In this document: positions 31,438 to 41,366 of the stretch, piece by piece
Layout of the letters: each line of letters opens with the position of its first letter
How positions within the stretch are numbered: position 1 is the stretch's first letter
DNA from: Gemmatimonadaceae bacterium
GTDB taxonomy: Bacteria > Gemmatimonadota > Gemmatimonadetes > Gemmatimonadales > Gemmatimonadaceae
Length of the DNA stretch: 64,000 nt
Reading direction: 5' to 3'
NCBI GenBank assembly: GCA_051859245.1
Contig: JBHYGA010000004.1
Location: 352,001 to 416,000, forward strand
Position numbers and translations under genes: made by a program
Notes under the pieces: model-generated
Seen by the model: only the letters and a program-made list of their open reading frames with translations
Databases searched by the model: none
Told to the model about the DNA's origin: nothing

Positions 31438-32757
31438 GTGCCTCACGCAAGGCGCAACAATACGGTCGCACTGCGTGCCGGGGTGCAGTGCCTGCTGTTC
31501 CTCGCATGTGCAAGCCCCGAACAGAACCGTGATCGCGCAACTCAAGCCGGCGCGACGCCCTCGATCAGCAGTGGAGCATTCGCCGAGTATGCCATCCGCG
31601 ATACGATCGCCGAGTGCGCGGCGTGCGCTATTGAACTGACACCACTCGTTTCGCTCGGTAGCGAATCAGATTCGGTTCTTCTTACGCGCACACCTGTCAT
31701 CGCGCGCGACAGTCGTGGACGAACCATCGCGGCCGTGCGCGATAACGGATTTGAGCCGGTAATCGTGTATCGAGCGGACGGCACGATTGAACGAACACTC
31801 GGCAGACACGGAAGCGGGCCCGGTGAACACGAACGGGTTGAAGCGATTGCCGTAACGGAGGGCGATTCAGTCGTGCTCGCGCACAGCTACCGGCGCGTCT
31901 CCGTTTTTGCTCCCGACGGGCGATACGTGCGTGGTGGGACGTTGCCCAGTGCACCCCGCGCCATCCTGTATGCCACGAACGGAGACTTGATCATCAATGC
32001 GTCGCTCGCAGCTGGTGAGAACGCAGCGCTCCCCCTGCACGTCGTTGGGGCCGACGGAATGCTGCTCCGAAGCTTCGGTACGGAAGACATCTTTGGTGGC
32101 GGCACATCGGAACGCACACTCGCGCCTCGTCTCGACGGCCAATGGTTCTGGCTTTCGGAGAGCGGACAGTATCGTTTGGAGCGCAGTGATACGTTGGGAC
32201 GCGTCTCACGCGTTGTTACGGTTGCCACACCGTGGTGGTACGTGTTCAACTCAACAGCGGAGGTGCAGGCATTCTTTGATTCATTGCCGGCACCGGATGA
32301 AATACCATCCGGTGCGGAGAAACGCCCTCGTCGACTTCGGTATCGTCCACCGTTCAGAATCGCGAGTGTTGTGCCTGACGCAGCAGGAAAGCTCTGGGTT
32401 GCCCATCACACGCACGTCGACAACTGGGAAGTGCTTGAGGCCGAGTATGATCGCAGTTCGAGTGACGTCCGCCTGGCCGACGAGATGAACGGGAGAATGT
32501 ATCGCACCGTGCTCGATGTGATCGATCCGGAGCAGGGTGTACTGATCGCGCGACGAATAATTCCGGGCTACGGATGGATTGCCAACGACGGCACATTCAT
32601 TCACGTTCGATATCGTGACGACGGCATTGTGGCGCTCGACATATCGTCGCTGGCACTGAGCGGGTGGCCACAGGGTTGGCGCTGTTGCCGTTACACCTGC
32701 ACCGCCTCCACTGTGCCCCGCGCCCGACTGCGCTCCGCGGCAAACGCCATCAGGTGA
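31438..32757 (+). CDS. 6-bladed beta-propeller (NHL-like) lipoprotein
   Basis: Lipobox-like FLAC; LGRHGSGPGE; VFAPDGRYVR; start uncertain; 3' end overlaps the convergent gene. Confidence 0.65.
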   Translation: MPHARRNNTVALRAGVQCLLFLACASPEQNRDRATQAGATPSISSGAFAEYAIRDTIAECAACAIELTPLVSLGSESDSVLLTRTPVIARDSRGRTIAAVRDNGFEPVIVYRADGTIERTLGRHGSGPGEHERVEAIAVTEGDSVVLAHSYRRVSVFAPDGRYVRGGTLPSAPRAILYATNGDLIINASLAAGENAALPLHVVGADGMLLRSFGTEDIFGGGTSERTLAPRLDGQWFWLSESGQYRLERSDTLGRVSRVVTVATPWWYVFNSTAEVQAFFDSLPAPDEIPSGAEKRPRRLRYRPPFRIASVVPDAAGKLWVAHHTHVDNWEVLEAEYDRSSSDVRLADEMNGRMYRTVLDVIDPEQGVLIARRIIPGYGWIANDGTFIHVRYRDDGIVALDISSLALSGWPQGWRCCRYTCTASTVPRARLRSAANAIR

Positions 32758-34064
32758 CTCTCGATTGACTGCGCAATGGTCGACGTCAATCGCGACGCAT
32801 CTTGATGAGCGACGGCCTGCACAAAATCCGCGACCATACGCCAGTCGCCACCACCGTGTCCGGACTGCGCGTCGTCGTTGCTCTCCTCGACAACATCGCT
32901 GATCCACTGGGTCACACGCCCTGTGCGGAAATCATGCGCTTCGAGATGTTGCATGTCGCCGTCGAGATAACCGTGTGAACCCATCACACGCGTGCGTCGA
33001 CCACTCATGGGCGTGAAGGCATCCATGCTGAACGACGCCGTGACATCATCCTCGAATCGCAAGTTCACCGTGTAGTGATCGCACTGATCGTTGTCCATGC
33101 GATAGACGCAGCGCCCGTAGTCGGATGTGCGCAGCGCATGCAGAATGTCGTCACCGCGTGTGGGTTCGTCAGCCGCGAGGTTGAACACGTACAATCGTTG
33201 CCGCTGTTCGTGATAAATGCGCAGCGCCGAGTAGGGGCAGGAGCGTTCTACCGTGCAGCCATCGGTGCAGCGGGCGGTGCTGCCATCAGGCGCGTTGTCC
33301 GCCGTGAACCACGACAGCGCACCGAAGGCCTGCAGGTCACGCGTGGGGCGGTCCACCAGCCAACGCAGAATGTCGAGGTCGTGACTGGACTTGGCGAGAA
33401 TGATTGGCGTAGACGAACTGCTCGACCGCCACGTGCCGCGCACATAGGAATGCGCCATGTGTACATGACCAATCGGCTCCATGTGCTGAATGTTCACCAG
33501 TCGACCAATCGCTCCGTTGCGAATGAGCTGCCGCATGTGCGCGAAGTACGGCGCGTAGCGCAGCACATGACATACAGCCACGATCCGCCCCGTGCTGCGT
33601 GCCCGCGCCAGCAACGCGCGACACTCGTCTTCGGTTGGCGCGATGGGCTTTTCGAGCAGTACATCGTAGCCCGCGTCGAGCGCTGCCATGCACGGCGCGA
33701 AGTGCAGCTGATCGGGTGTGCTCACAATGATCGCGTCAGCAAACTTCGGCCTGGCAAATACTTCTTCCCAGTCCACAAACCGAGCGTCGTCTGGTATGTT
33801 ATGCCGATCTCCGTAACCATCGCGGCGCACCGGCGACGGCTCCGCAACGCCAACGATCTGCAAATGATCCGGGTATGAGAGCGCAAAGTTGCCGTACACG
33901 TTCCCACGTGCACCAGCGCCGAGTGTGATCGCGGTAATCGCACGCGGCGGCGGCACAAGTTGGCGCGCGTCAGGCAGATAGAGCGGCTGCCCGCGCTCGT
34001 TCGTTGCATCGGTGGAAAAGGGGAACGATGCGTCGGCGTGAGAATCCAAGTGTGCGGAAGTCAT
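32691..34064 (-). CDS. Gfo/Idh/MocA oxidoreductase
   Basis: LGAGARG, VLLEKP, CHVLRY, HSYVRG.W, HGGGD. Confidence 0.92.
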   Translation of the reverse strand: MTSAHLDSHADASFPFSTDATNERGQPLYLPDARQLVPPPRAITAITLGAGARGNVYGNFALSYPDHLQIVGVAEPSPVRRDGYGDRHNIPDDARFVDWEEVFARPKFADAIIVSTPDQLHFAPCMAALDAGYDVLLEKPIAPTEDECRALLARARSTGRIVAVCHVLRYAPYFAHMRQLIRNGAIGRLVNIQHMEPIGHVHMAHSYVRGTWRSSSSSTPIILAKSSHDLDILRWLVDRPTRDLQAFGALSWFTADNAPDGSTARCTDGCTVERSCPYSALRIYHEQRQRLYVFNLAADEPTRGDDILHALRTSDYGRCVYRMDNDQCDHYTVNLRFEDDVTASFSMDAFTPMSGRRTRVMGSHGYLDGDMQHLEAHDFRTGRVTQWISDVVEESNDDAQSGHGGGDWRMVADFVQAVAHQDASRLTSTIAQSIESHLMAFAAERSRARGTVEAVQV

Positions 34065-34139
34065 CTCTACCACTACACCACTGCACGCCGTATCGCAATT
34101 CGCCGGCGATTGCTGATCACCACAGACGGCAGCGTGCTG

Positions 34140-35135
34140 CTATCGCGCGGTCGGCAACGCGACCAACCGTCGGGTCTCTTCATCCCACAGCGCGAGCCGC
34201 GCACACGCAAATCCTTCGCGCAACGAAATCTGCCGTACGTTCGCGAACAGTGCGGTGTTCTCGTGGCATTGAACCAGTCGATACGACGGCACGCGCGGAC
34301 TTAAATGATGGATGTGGTGATATCCGATGTATCCGGTGAACCATGCCAGTGCACGAGGCAACGCGTAGTACGACGAGCCTTCGAGTGCGGCTCGCACAAA
34401 ATCCCACTCGCCGTCTTCCGCCCAGTAGGTGTCTTCGAACTGATGCTGCACATAGAACATCCACATGCCAACCGTGGATGCAATCACGGTTACGGGCCCC
34501 TGCACCAGCAGAAAATCGCGCCAGCCCACCAGACTCACCATCAACGACACCACCAACACGATCACCACGTTCGTCATCAGCATGCTGCGGCGCTCGCGCT
34601 TCCACTCGGCGCGCGCAAACATCGGTAGTCGCATCATGATCACGAAGTACAAGACCGGCGCGAGTCCGAACATCACGACGGGATGCCGCATCAGGCGGTA
34701 ACGACGCTGCGCAGACGGCGACATGGTGCGATACTCGCGCAGTGTGATCGTTTCAATATCGACGTGACGCTTGTCGAGGTTCCCGGACGTCGCGTGATGC
34801 GTACCGTGAAAATGTCGGAAGTAGCCGTACGGCAGCAGCGTAAACGGCGCACACAGGCGCCCAATGATCGTTCGCCACCGGCGCGACGCGACAAAACTGC
34901 CGTGCCCACAGTCGTGTTGCACAATGAACGTGCGCACCACAAAGCCAGCCGCCGGAAACGCCAGCGCGAGTGTGAGCAGATACGACACCGAGAGCGAGCG
35001 ATGCATCAGCCACCACAGCACCAGAAACGGTGGCAGCGACGTCGCAAAGGCCCACCACGCCCGCGCGGTCTCCGGGCGTTCGTAGCGACTTACATGTGCA
35101 CGCAGTGCGTCGGCCGATGGCAGTGAGTTCCGCAT
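34140..35135 (-). CDS. Membrane fatty acid desaturase
   Basis: His boxes HDCGH, HGTHH, HHIHH; FYVQHQFE. Confidence 0.93.
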   Translation of the reverse strand: MRNSLPSADALRAHVSRYERPETARAWWAFATSLPPFLVLWWLMHRSLSVSYLLTLALAFPAAGFVVRTFIVQHDCGHGSFVASRRWRTIIGRLCAPFTLLPYGYFRHFHGTHHATSGNLDKRHVDIETITLREYRTMSPSAQRRYRLMRHPVVMFGLAPVLYFVIMMRLPMFARAEWKRERRSMLMTNVVIVLVVSLMVSLVGWRDFLLVQGPVTVIASTVGMWMFYVQHQFEDTYWAEDGEWDFVRAALEGSSYYALPRALAWFTGYIGYHHIHHLSPRVPSYRLVQCHENTALFANVRQISLREGFACARLALWDEETRRLVALPTAR

Positions 35136-35342
35136 GTGCCAAGGAGTGTACACCGCCCCTGCACACCAAACATCCGTCACATGACGTAGAACGCCGATGC
35201 TGGCCACCATGTCGCATCGCCCCGACATGCTGTGCGGGTTTCCCGCACGCGCGAAACGTGACTCGCACGCCATGCTATGTGAGGCGACGCGACCGAGCAG
35301 TCCGCCAGGTGCGACGCCGAATCACATCACTCTGGAGTCTGC

Positions 35343-35828
35343 ATGATTCACGAAGTCGAAGGCGATATTCTGCTCTCGGGCGCGCACGCGATCGCGCACG
35401 GCGTTTCGCCCAACGATCACTTTGACGTTGGCTTGGCCCTCGCGCTCCGCGAAATGTGGCCGTCAATGGCCAAGGATTTCCGGCACTACGCCCATCAGGC
35501 GCATCCTACACCCGGCACGGTGTGGACCTATCCCACCGCCGACGGTCGGGTGATCTACAATCTCATCACACAGGAAGGCGAGCAGCTGCGCGGCGGCTCG
35601 TCCGGCGCGGCGTCGGTCTCCAACGTGCACCACGCGCTCAAGGCGCTGCGGGTCCAACTCGAGAAAGACGGCGTTCGAAGCCTCGCCCTTCCGCGGCTCG
35701 CCACCGGCGCCGGTCGCCTGGACTGGGCCGACGTCCGGCCGCTCATCGCGCAACAGCTCGGTGACCTGCCCATCCCCGTCTATCTGTACACCACCTTCCA
35801 CCACGGTCAGGCCGCCAAAGAGTCTTGA
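35343..35828 (+). CDS. Macro domain protein (ADP-ribose processing)
   Basis: EVEGDIL, AIAHGV, GLALAL, IYNLITQ, SLALPRLATGAGRLDW. Confidence 0.85.
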   Translation: MIHEVEGDILLSGAHAIAHGVSPNDHFDVGLALALREMWPSMAKDFRHYAHQAHPTPGTVWTYPTADGRVIYNLITQEGEQLRGGSSGAASVSNVHHALKALRVQLEKDGVRSLALPRLATGAGRLDWADVRPLIAQQLGDLPIPVYLYTTFHHGQAAKES

Positions 35829-35873
35829 CACCCTCGCATTCTGGTGCGACTTTGTTTGCCGTCCGAACAAAGT
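35825..35873 (+). promoter_or_regulatory. Promoter with ROK-type operator (left arm of glycan locus)
   Basis: TTGACA at 35825; inverted repeat ACTTTGTTTGCCGTCCGAACAAAGT at 35849-35873. Confidence 0.75.
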
Positions 35874-35933
35874 TTGACTGGGACGGCTAATTGTCCCTCC
35901 CACCCGTCTGCTCCCACCCAGGACGAGGCCCGT

Positions 35934-38900
35934 ATGAGCCCGACTCGAACGCCCCTGACCCGATCACGGGTCAGGCGCCGGTTCGCCCCCGCCGCCGCGC
36001 TTGCCGCGGCGCTGTTGCTCTCGGCGACGCCGACCATCTCGGCTCAGACGCCTCAAAACATCCGTGTGGTCAGCGACGCGTCGGGGGCCCGACTGCAGGT
36101 GAACGGTCGGGACTTCATGGTGCTCGGCATGAACTGGGACTATTTCCCGATCGGCCAGAACTACGCCTACAACTTCTGGGGCCAGTCCGACGAGTTCATT
36201 CGCACGGCGCTGGATCGGGAAATGGCGCTGCTCAAAAGCATGGGCGTCAACACGATCCGTCAATACAACGGCGTGCCACCCAAATGGGTGCGATACATCT
36301 ACGAGAACTTTGGCATCTACACCGTACTGAATCACGCGGTGGGGCGATACGGCGTGACGGTAGGCGGCGCCTACAAGGCCAATACTGACTATTCAGATCC
36401 GCGCGTGCGCGAGCTGCTCAAGGCCGAAGTCGCGGCATTGGTGGAGCAGTTCCGCGGCACACCGGGTCTGCTCATGTACATGCTCGGCAACGAAAACAAT
36501 TACGGGTTGGAATGGAAATCGGCCGAGACGGAAAACCTGCCCGTTGGCGAACGGAACGCGGCCAAGGCGCGGTATTTGTATTCGCTCTTTGGCGAGATCA
36601 TTCGGGACATCAAAACGCGTGATCCCGCGGTGCCCGTGGCAATGGCGAATGGCGACCTGCAGTACATCGACATCATTGCCGCTGAGACCAAGGGTCTCGA
36701 CGTATTCGGCACGAACGTGTACCGCGGTATTTCGTTTGGAAATCTGTTTGCCGAAGTCAAGGAGAAACTCGGGCTGCCAGTGATGTTCACGGAGTTTGGC
36801 GCCGATGCCTACAATGCCAGAGAGCGTCGCGAAGACCAGCTTACGCAGGCACGCTATCTGCTTGGCCAGTGGCAGGAGATTTACGCGCAGTCTGCCGGCA
36901 AGGGCGGCGTTGGAAATGCGATTGGTGGCATGACCTTCCAATGGTCAGACGGGTGGTGGAAGGTAGGACAGGAAACCAATCTCGATGTGCAGGACAACGA
37001 CGCCGGATGGTCGAACGAGGCGTACCGCGAAGATTTCATGCGCGGTGACAACAACATGAATGAAGAGTGGTGGGGCATCATGGCCAAAGGCCCCACCGAT
37101 GCGCAGGGTCACTTTCAGCTGTATCCGCGCGCGGCGTACTACGCGTTGCAGCGCGCGTACGCGCTCGATCCGTACGGAACTGGTACCGACGCGGCACGTA
37201 TTCGCGCGCACTTCGGCGCGATTGCACCGGCGGCGATGGAACTGCTCGCCAACGGCAATCGTGCGGCGCGCGGTGCCGAGATCGGAGATCGGTATCGCAT
37301 TGCTGGCATGCGACTCGAACTGTCGAGCTTCAATACGGGTGGCAGCAACATCAGCACGCCGGCTGAGGGGACGACGCCGAGCCCAACGGCGCGGCCTGCC
37401 GTTCGCGGATTTGATCACCTCGAGTCGTATTTCGTTGATGTGGAAGCACGACCGGCGTCGAATGTGACCGCGATGCTGTCACTCAATGTGACGGGCAACA
37501 TCCCCGACAATCCGATCAACGAACTGTTCTACGAGAATCGCGCCCGCACACGCACGCTGCTGACCGATGGCGGACCGTCTGTAAGCACCGAGGGACTGGA
37601 GCGTTTGCGTGTGTACCGCGCGAGTTTGCGCTGGGACGAGCGCGATTTCCGTCTTGACGGTTTCTATCGTACCGGGCATTACCACTGGGGTTACGAAGGC
37701 GACTTCTTTGGCATGTACCGTGAAGCGAACTACGGCGCCAATATTGACATTTATGGTGGTGAAGCACCGCTCGGCGTGGAGTTCACCGGAAAGCGCGCAC
37801 TGTCGGGACTCAAGCTGGCCGTGGGTCCGGAGCTCTGGTGGGGCGCGAACCCCGCGGTACTCGCGAAGTACCGCAAGCAAGTGGGTCGCTTTATGGTGAC
37901 GGGTGTGTATCAGGAAGATCTGGCGCAACGGGGGGCGACGTCGAGCTCGTTCGCTATCCCGCAGCCGCAAGTGCGCGCCACCACGATGCACGTTGCAACC
38001 ACGGTGGGACCCGCTGGCGTGGAGCTGGGCGGTATCTGGGGTGGCAATACACGTGTGGGTCGCACGTTCCAGATTGCCGATGGTGAGCCCGGCAACTATC
38101 GCGTGCTGCAGGATCGTGTGAAAGACAGCGATGCACTTGGTGCGAAAGCCAAGATCACGATCTCAAGTGGCCGCTGGAACTGGTACGCGCAAGGCGCAGC
38201 GATGGGCCTGGTTGCTGACGGTGGACAAACGTCAACGATGACGTTCACCGGATGGGGACTGAAGGACAGCGGTATGGGCAATCAGTGGAATGCGCTGAGC
38301 GGCTTTACGTATTCTGTTGGCAACGTGCAGATTGCGCCCAACTTTTTGTGGCAGAAGCCGATTGTTGGTCCCGTGCCGAGTGATGTGCCTGCGCCCGGCC
38401 GACCGCGCAACATTCTTGATGATCCGTTCTCGGTGCGATGGAATCGTGAAACGGTTGGCGCGGAGTTGTTGCTCACGTTTGATCCCACGCCGGCGACGTA
38501 CATGCATCTGTGGGATTCCGACACGCGGGAAGACGCGCGCCTCGCGGGCACACTTGGATTCACGTATCGCCACTTGCCCACCACGCAGGACGCCGCGATT
38601 GGTATTCTCGCCGACGGACGCACGTTTTTTGCCTTTCCGGGCGCTGCACCAGCACAGGACCTGTGGGAAGTGCGCAGCCGCGTGGTATCGCGCGTAGGTC
38701 AGGATGTACGTGTGATCGCCAATCTGTTTGGCGGTACAGCACAGGCCAATGGTGACAGCGATCGTTTGCTGCGTCGTTACGGCGGCGAGCTGCGCGCGGT
38801 GCGGAATCAGATCAAAGTGGCTGCCTCGGCCAAGTTCAACGATTGGGGACCGTTCGACTATCATCGCGACTTCAACCTCACGTTCCCCGAGCAGTACATG

Positions 38901-39119
38901 GCCGATGTGTCATACGTGCTCGGCATTCCCAACTGGACAGACGCGCCGGCTACACGGTTTGGCATTCGTGGCACGTGGCGATCACTCGACCGTTTCTCGC
39001 CGCGGTATTGTCCGGCCGAAGTACCCAATGCACTGGGTACGCCCACGTGCGATCCTACTGCTCCGGGTGCGCGCGGTTCAGAGTGGGAGATTCGCACGTA
39101 CCTCACGGTTGGTTGGTGA
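35934..39119 (+). CDS. Clan GH-A (GH2/GH158-like) glycoside hydrolase fused to a probable outer-membrane beta-barrel
   Basis: Signal peptide; MGVNTIRQY, LGNE (acid/base), FTEFG (nucleophile); about 600-aa amphipathic beta C-region ending EIRTYLTVGW. Confidence 0.75.
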   Translation: MSPTRTPLTRSRVRRRFAPAAALAAALLLSATPTISAQTPQNIRVVSDASGARLQVNGRDFMVLGMNWDYFPIGQNYAYNFWGQSDEFIRTALDREMALLKSMGVNTIRQYNGVPPKWVRYIYENFGIYTVLNHAVGRYGVTVGGAYKANTDYSDPRVRELLKAEVAALVEQFRGTPGLLMYMLGNENNYGLEWKSAETENLPVGERNAAKARYLYSLFGEIIRDIKTRDPAVPVAMANGDLQYIDIIAAETKGLDVFGTNVYRGISFGNLFAEVKEKLGLPVMFTEFGADAYNARERREDQLTQARYLLGQWQEIYAQSAGKGGVGNAIGGMTFQWSDGWWKVGQETNLDVQDNDAGWSNEAYREDFMRGDNNMNEEWWGIMAKGPTDAQGHFQLYPRAAYYALQRAYALDPYGTGTDAARIRAHFGAIAPAAMELLANGNRAARGAEIGDRYRIAGMRLELSSFNTGGSNISTPAEGTTPSPTARPAVRGFDHLESYFVDVEARPASNVTAMLSLNVTGNIPDNPINELFYENRARTRTLLTDGGPSVSTEGLERLRVYRASLRWDERDFRLDGFYRTGHYHWGYEGDFFGMYREANYGANIDIYGGEAPLGVEFTGKRALSGLKLAVGPELWWGANPAVLAKYRKQVGRFMVTGVYQEDLAQRGATSSSFAIPQPQVRATTMHVATTVGPAGVELGGIWGGNTRVGRTFQIADGEPGNYRVLQDRVKDSDALGAKAKITISSGRWNWYAQGAAMGLVADGGQTSTMTFTGWGLKDSGMGNQWNALSGFTYSVGNVQIAPNFLWQKPIVGPVPSDVPAPGRPRNILDDPFSVRWNRETVGAELLLTFDPTPATYMHLWDSDTREDARLAGTLGFTYRHLPTTQDAAIGILADGRTFFAFPGAAPAQDLWEVRSRVVSRVGQDVRVIANLFGGTAQANGDSDRLLRRYGGELRAVRNQIKVAASAKFNDWGPFDYHRDFNLTFPEQYMADVSYVLGIPNWTDAPATRFGIRGTWRSLDRFSPRYCPAEVPNALGTPTCDPTAPGARGSEWEIRTYLTVGW

Positions 39120-41335
39120 CCACGCGTAGCACAGGTCGTTCCGTGTCTGTGGAGCAGCAGATCACCGCGCTGCTTGCCCGCATGACACTGGACGAAAAGA
39201 TCGGGCAGTTGGCGCAGGTGAACGCGGCCGGCGGTCACGTGCCCGATCACCTGCGTGATGCGATTCGTGAAGGGCGCATTGGTTCGGTGCTGAATGAAGT
39301 GCACGTTGAGACCGTCAACGAGCTGCAGCGACTCGCGGTCCACGAAAGTCGGCTCGGTATTCCGCTGCTGATCGGGCGCGATGTTATTCACGGGTTCACT
39401 ACCGTATTTCCGATTCCGCTGGGGCAAGCGGCCAGCTGGAATCCTGCGTTGGTAGAAGAAGGCGCGCGCATCGCCGCGTACGAAGCGGCCGCGTGCGGTG
39501 TGAACCTGACGTTCGCGCCCATGATCGACATTGCGCGCGATCCTCGGTGGGGACGTGTGGCCGAATCACTCGGAGAAGATCCGCATCTTACCGGCGTGCT
39601 GGGCGCGGCCATGGTTCGCGGCTTTCAGGGTGACGACCTGGCACACGATGGCAGTATTGCCGCGTGTGCGAAACACTTTGCGGGCTACGGCGCAAGCGAG
39701 AGTGGTCGCGACTACAACACCACCAACATTCCCGAGAACGAGTTGCGAAACGTCTATCTGCCGCCGTTCAAGGCGGCGGTGGATGCGGGCGTCGCCAGTC
39801 TCATGACCTCGTTCTCCGATCTGGATGGTGTGCCTGCGTCGGCCAATACCTTCTTGCTCAGACAGGTGCTGCGCGACGAGTGGCGCGCCGATGCCATGGT
39901 GATCAGTGACTGGGAATCCATTCGGCAACTGGCCGTACACGGGTTCACGGAGAACGACCGCGAATCGGCGTACCAGGCGGCCACGGCGGGCGTTGATATG
40001 GAAATGGCCAGCACCACGTACGCTGATCATCTCGCGTCGCTTGTGCGCGAGGGGCGAGTGACTGAACAAACGGTCGATGCGTTGGTGCGGAATGTGTTGC
40101 GCGTGAAGTTTCGTCTGGGATTGTTCGACAACGCGCAAACGAATGCCTCCACGTATGCGCCCGCGGCAAACGCAGAACACTTGAAGGCCGCATACAACGC
40201 CGCGGTAGCGAGCGCGGTACTGCTCAAGAACGACGATTGGGCGCTGCCGCTCGATGTCGACTCGTTGGAGCGCATTGCCGTGATCGGCCCCCTGGCGGAT
40301 GATCCGTACGAGCAACTTGGCACGTGGATCTTTGATGGCGACGCGGCACACAGTCGCACGGTGCTGCAGAGCATTCGCGAGTATGTGGGCGACCGCGCTA
40401 CGGTAGAGTTTGCGCGCGGCGTGCACACCACGCGCAGTCGCGGTCACGACGCGTTTGACGACGCGGTCGCGCTGGCTGCACGCGCTGATGTAACGATCCT
40501 GGTGCTTGGTGAAGAAGCGATTCTGTCGGGCGAGGCGCACTGCCGCGCCGACATTACGTTGCCCGGTGCACAGCAGGCGTTGCTGGAAGCCGTGTCGGCC
40601 ACGGGCACCAAAGTGATTCTGGTGCTGATGGCCGGCCGGCCACTCGCGCTTGAGGAGGCCGTGCGACATGCGCCGGCGATTCTGTATATGTGGCACCCCG
40701 GGACCATGGGTGGTGCCGCGATCTCTGACTTGTTGTTCGGTGTAGCGTCGCCAAGTGGTAAACTACCGGTCACGTTTCCGCGGGTGACGGGGCAAATCCC
40801 TATCTATTACGCGCACAAACACACCGGCAAACCCGCCACGGCTGAGTCATTCATTCACATGGAAGACATTGAGCCGCGGGCGCATCAGGTGTCGGTGGGC
40901 AACACCTCTTTTCATCTGGATGCCGGCTTCACGCCGCTCTTTCCGTTCGGGTTTGGTCTGTCGTACTCGCATGTGGAGTACGAGCACATGCAGTGCAGCA
41001 CGGCAGTGCTCACCATGAGCGGCCGCATTACGATCAGTGCTGACGTGGTGAACGTTGGTCCGCGTGCTGTTGAGGAAGTGGTGCAGCTATATGTGCGCGA
41101 CCTCGTCGGCGATGTGACACGACCGGTGAAGGAACTCAAAGGGTTTACTCGTGTGCGCCTTGAACGCGGTGAACGTCGCCACGTGTCCTTCACACTGACA
41201 CCACGCGATCTTGCGTTTTACGGGCGGGCGCAGCGCCTGATCGTGGAGCCGGGTCGCTTTCATGTCTGGATTGGAGGCAGTTCCAATCCGGAGCTGCGCG
41301 CTGAGTTCACGTTGGTCGACGACACGACGCACTAG
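39116..41335 (+). CDS. GH3 beta-glucosidase (BglX-like), no signal peptide
   Basis: DVIHG, RDPRWGR.AE, KHFAGYG, ISDW, PSGKLPVTFP, C-terminal Fn3-like EVVQLY; GTGA overlap with upstream gene. Confidence 0.93.
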   Translation: MTTRSTGRSVSVEQQITALLARMTLDEKIGQLAQVNAAGGHVPDHLRDAIREGRIGSVLNEVHVETVNELQRLAVHESRLGIPLLIGRDVIHGFTTVFPIPLGQAASWNPALVEEGARIAAYEAAACGVNLTFAPMIDIARDPRWGRVAESLGEDPHLTGVLGAAMVRGFQGDDLAHDGSIAACAKHFAGYGASESGRDYNTTNIPENELRNVYLPPFKAAVDAGVASLMTSFSDLDGVPASANTFLLRQVLRDEWRADAMVISDWESIRQLAVHGFTENDRESAYQAATAGVDMEMASTTYADHLASLVREGRVTEQTVDALVRNVLRVKFRLGLFDNAQTNASTYAPAANAEHLKAAYNAAVASAVLLKNDDWALPLDVDSLERIAVIGPLADDPYEQLGTWIFDGDAAHSRTVLQSIREYVGDRATVEFARGVHTTRSRGHDAFDDAVALAARADVTILVLGEEAILSGEAHCRADITLPGAQQALLEAVSATGTKVILVLMAGRPLALEEAVRHAPAILYMWHPGTMGGAAISDLLFGVASPSGKLPVTFPRVTGQIPIYYAHKHTGKPATAESFIHMEDIEPRAHQVSVGNTSFHLDAGFTPLFPFGFGLSYSHVEYEHMQCSTAVLTMSGRITISADVVNVGPRAVEEVVQLYVRDLVGDVTRPVKELKGFTRVRLERGERRHVSFTLTPRDLAFYGRAQRLIVEPGRFHVWIGGSSNPELRAEFTLVDDTTH

Positions 41336-41366
41336 TGCGTACCACCATCAACTTTCTGTTACTCCC

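Noticed and set aside
18713..35300. Integrative element or prophage explaining the accessory region
   Set aside because: No integrase, transposase, phage gene, tRNA or flanking direct repeat was recognised.
38843..39115. N-terminal extensions given by the ORF track (also upp, SET, NUDIX, and SRPBCC from 30176)
   Set aside because: They overlap neighbouring genes; downstream starts with an RBS or stop/start coupling fit better.
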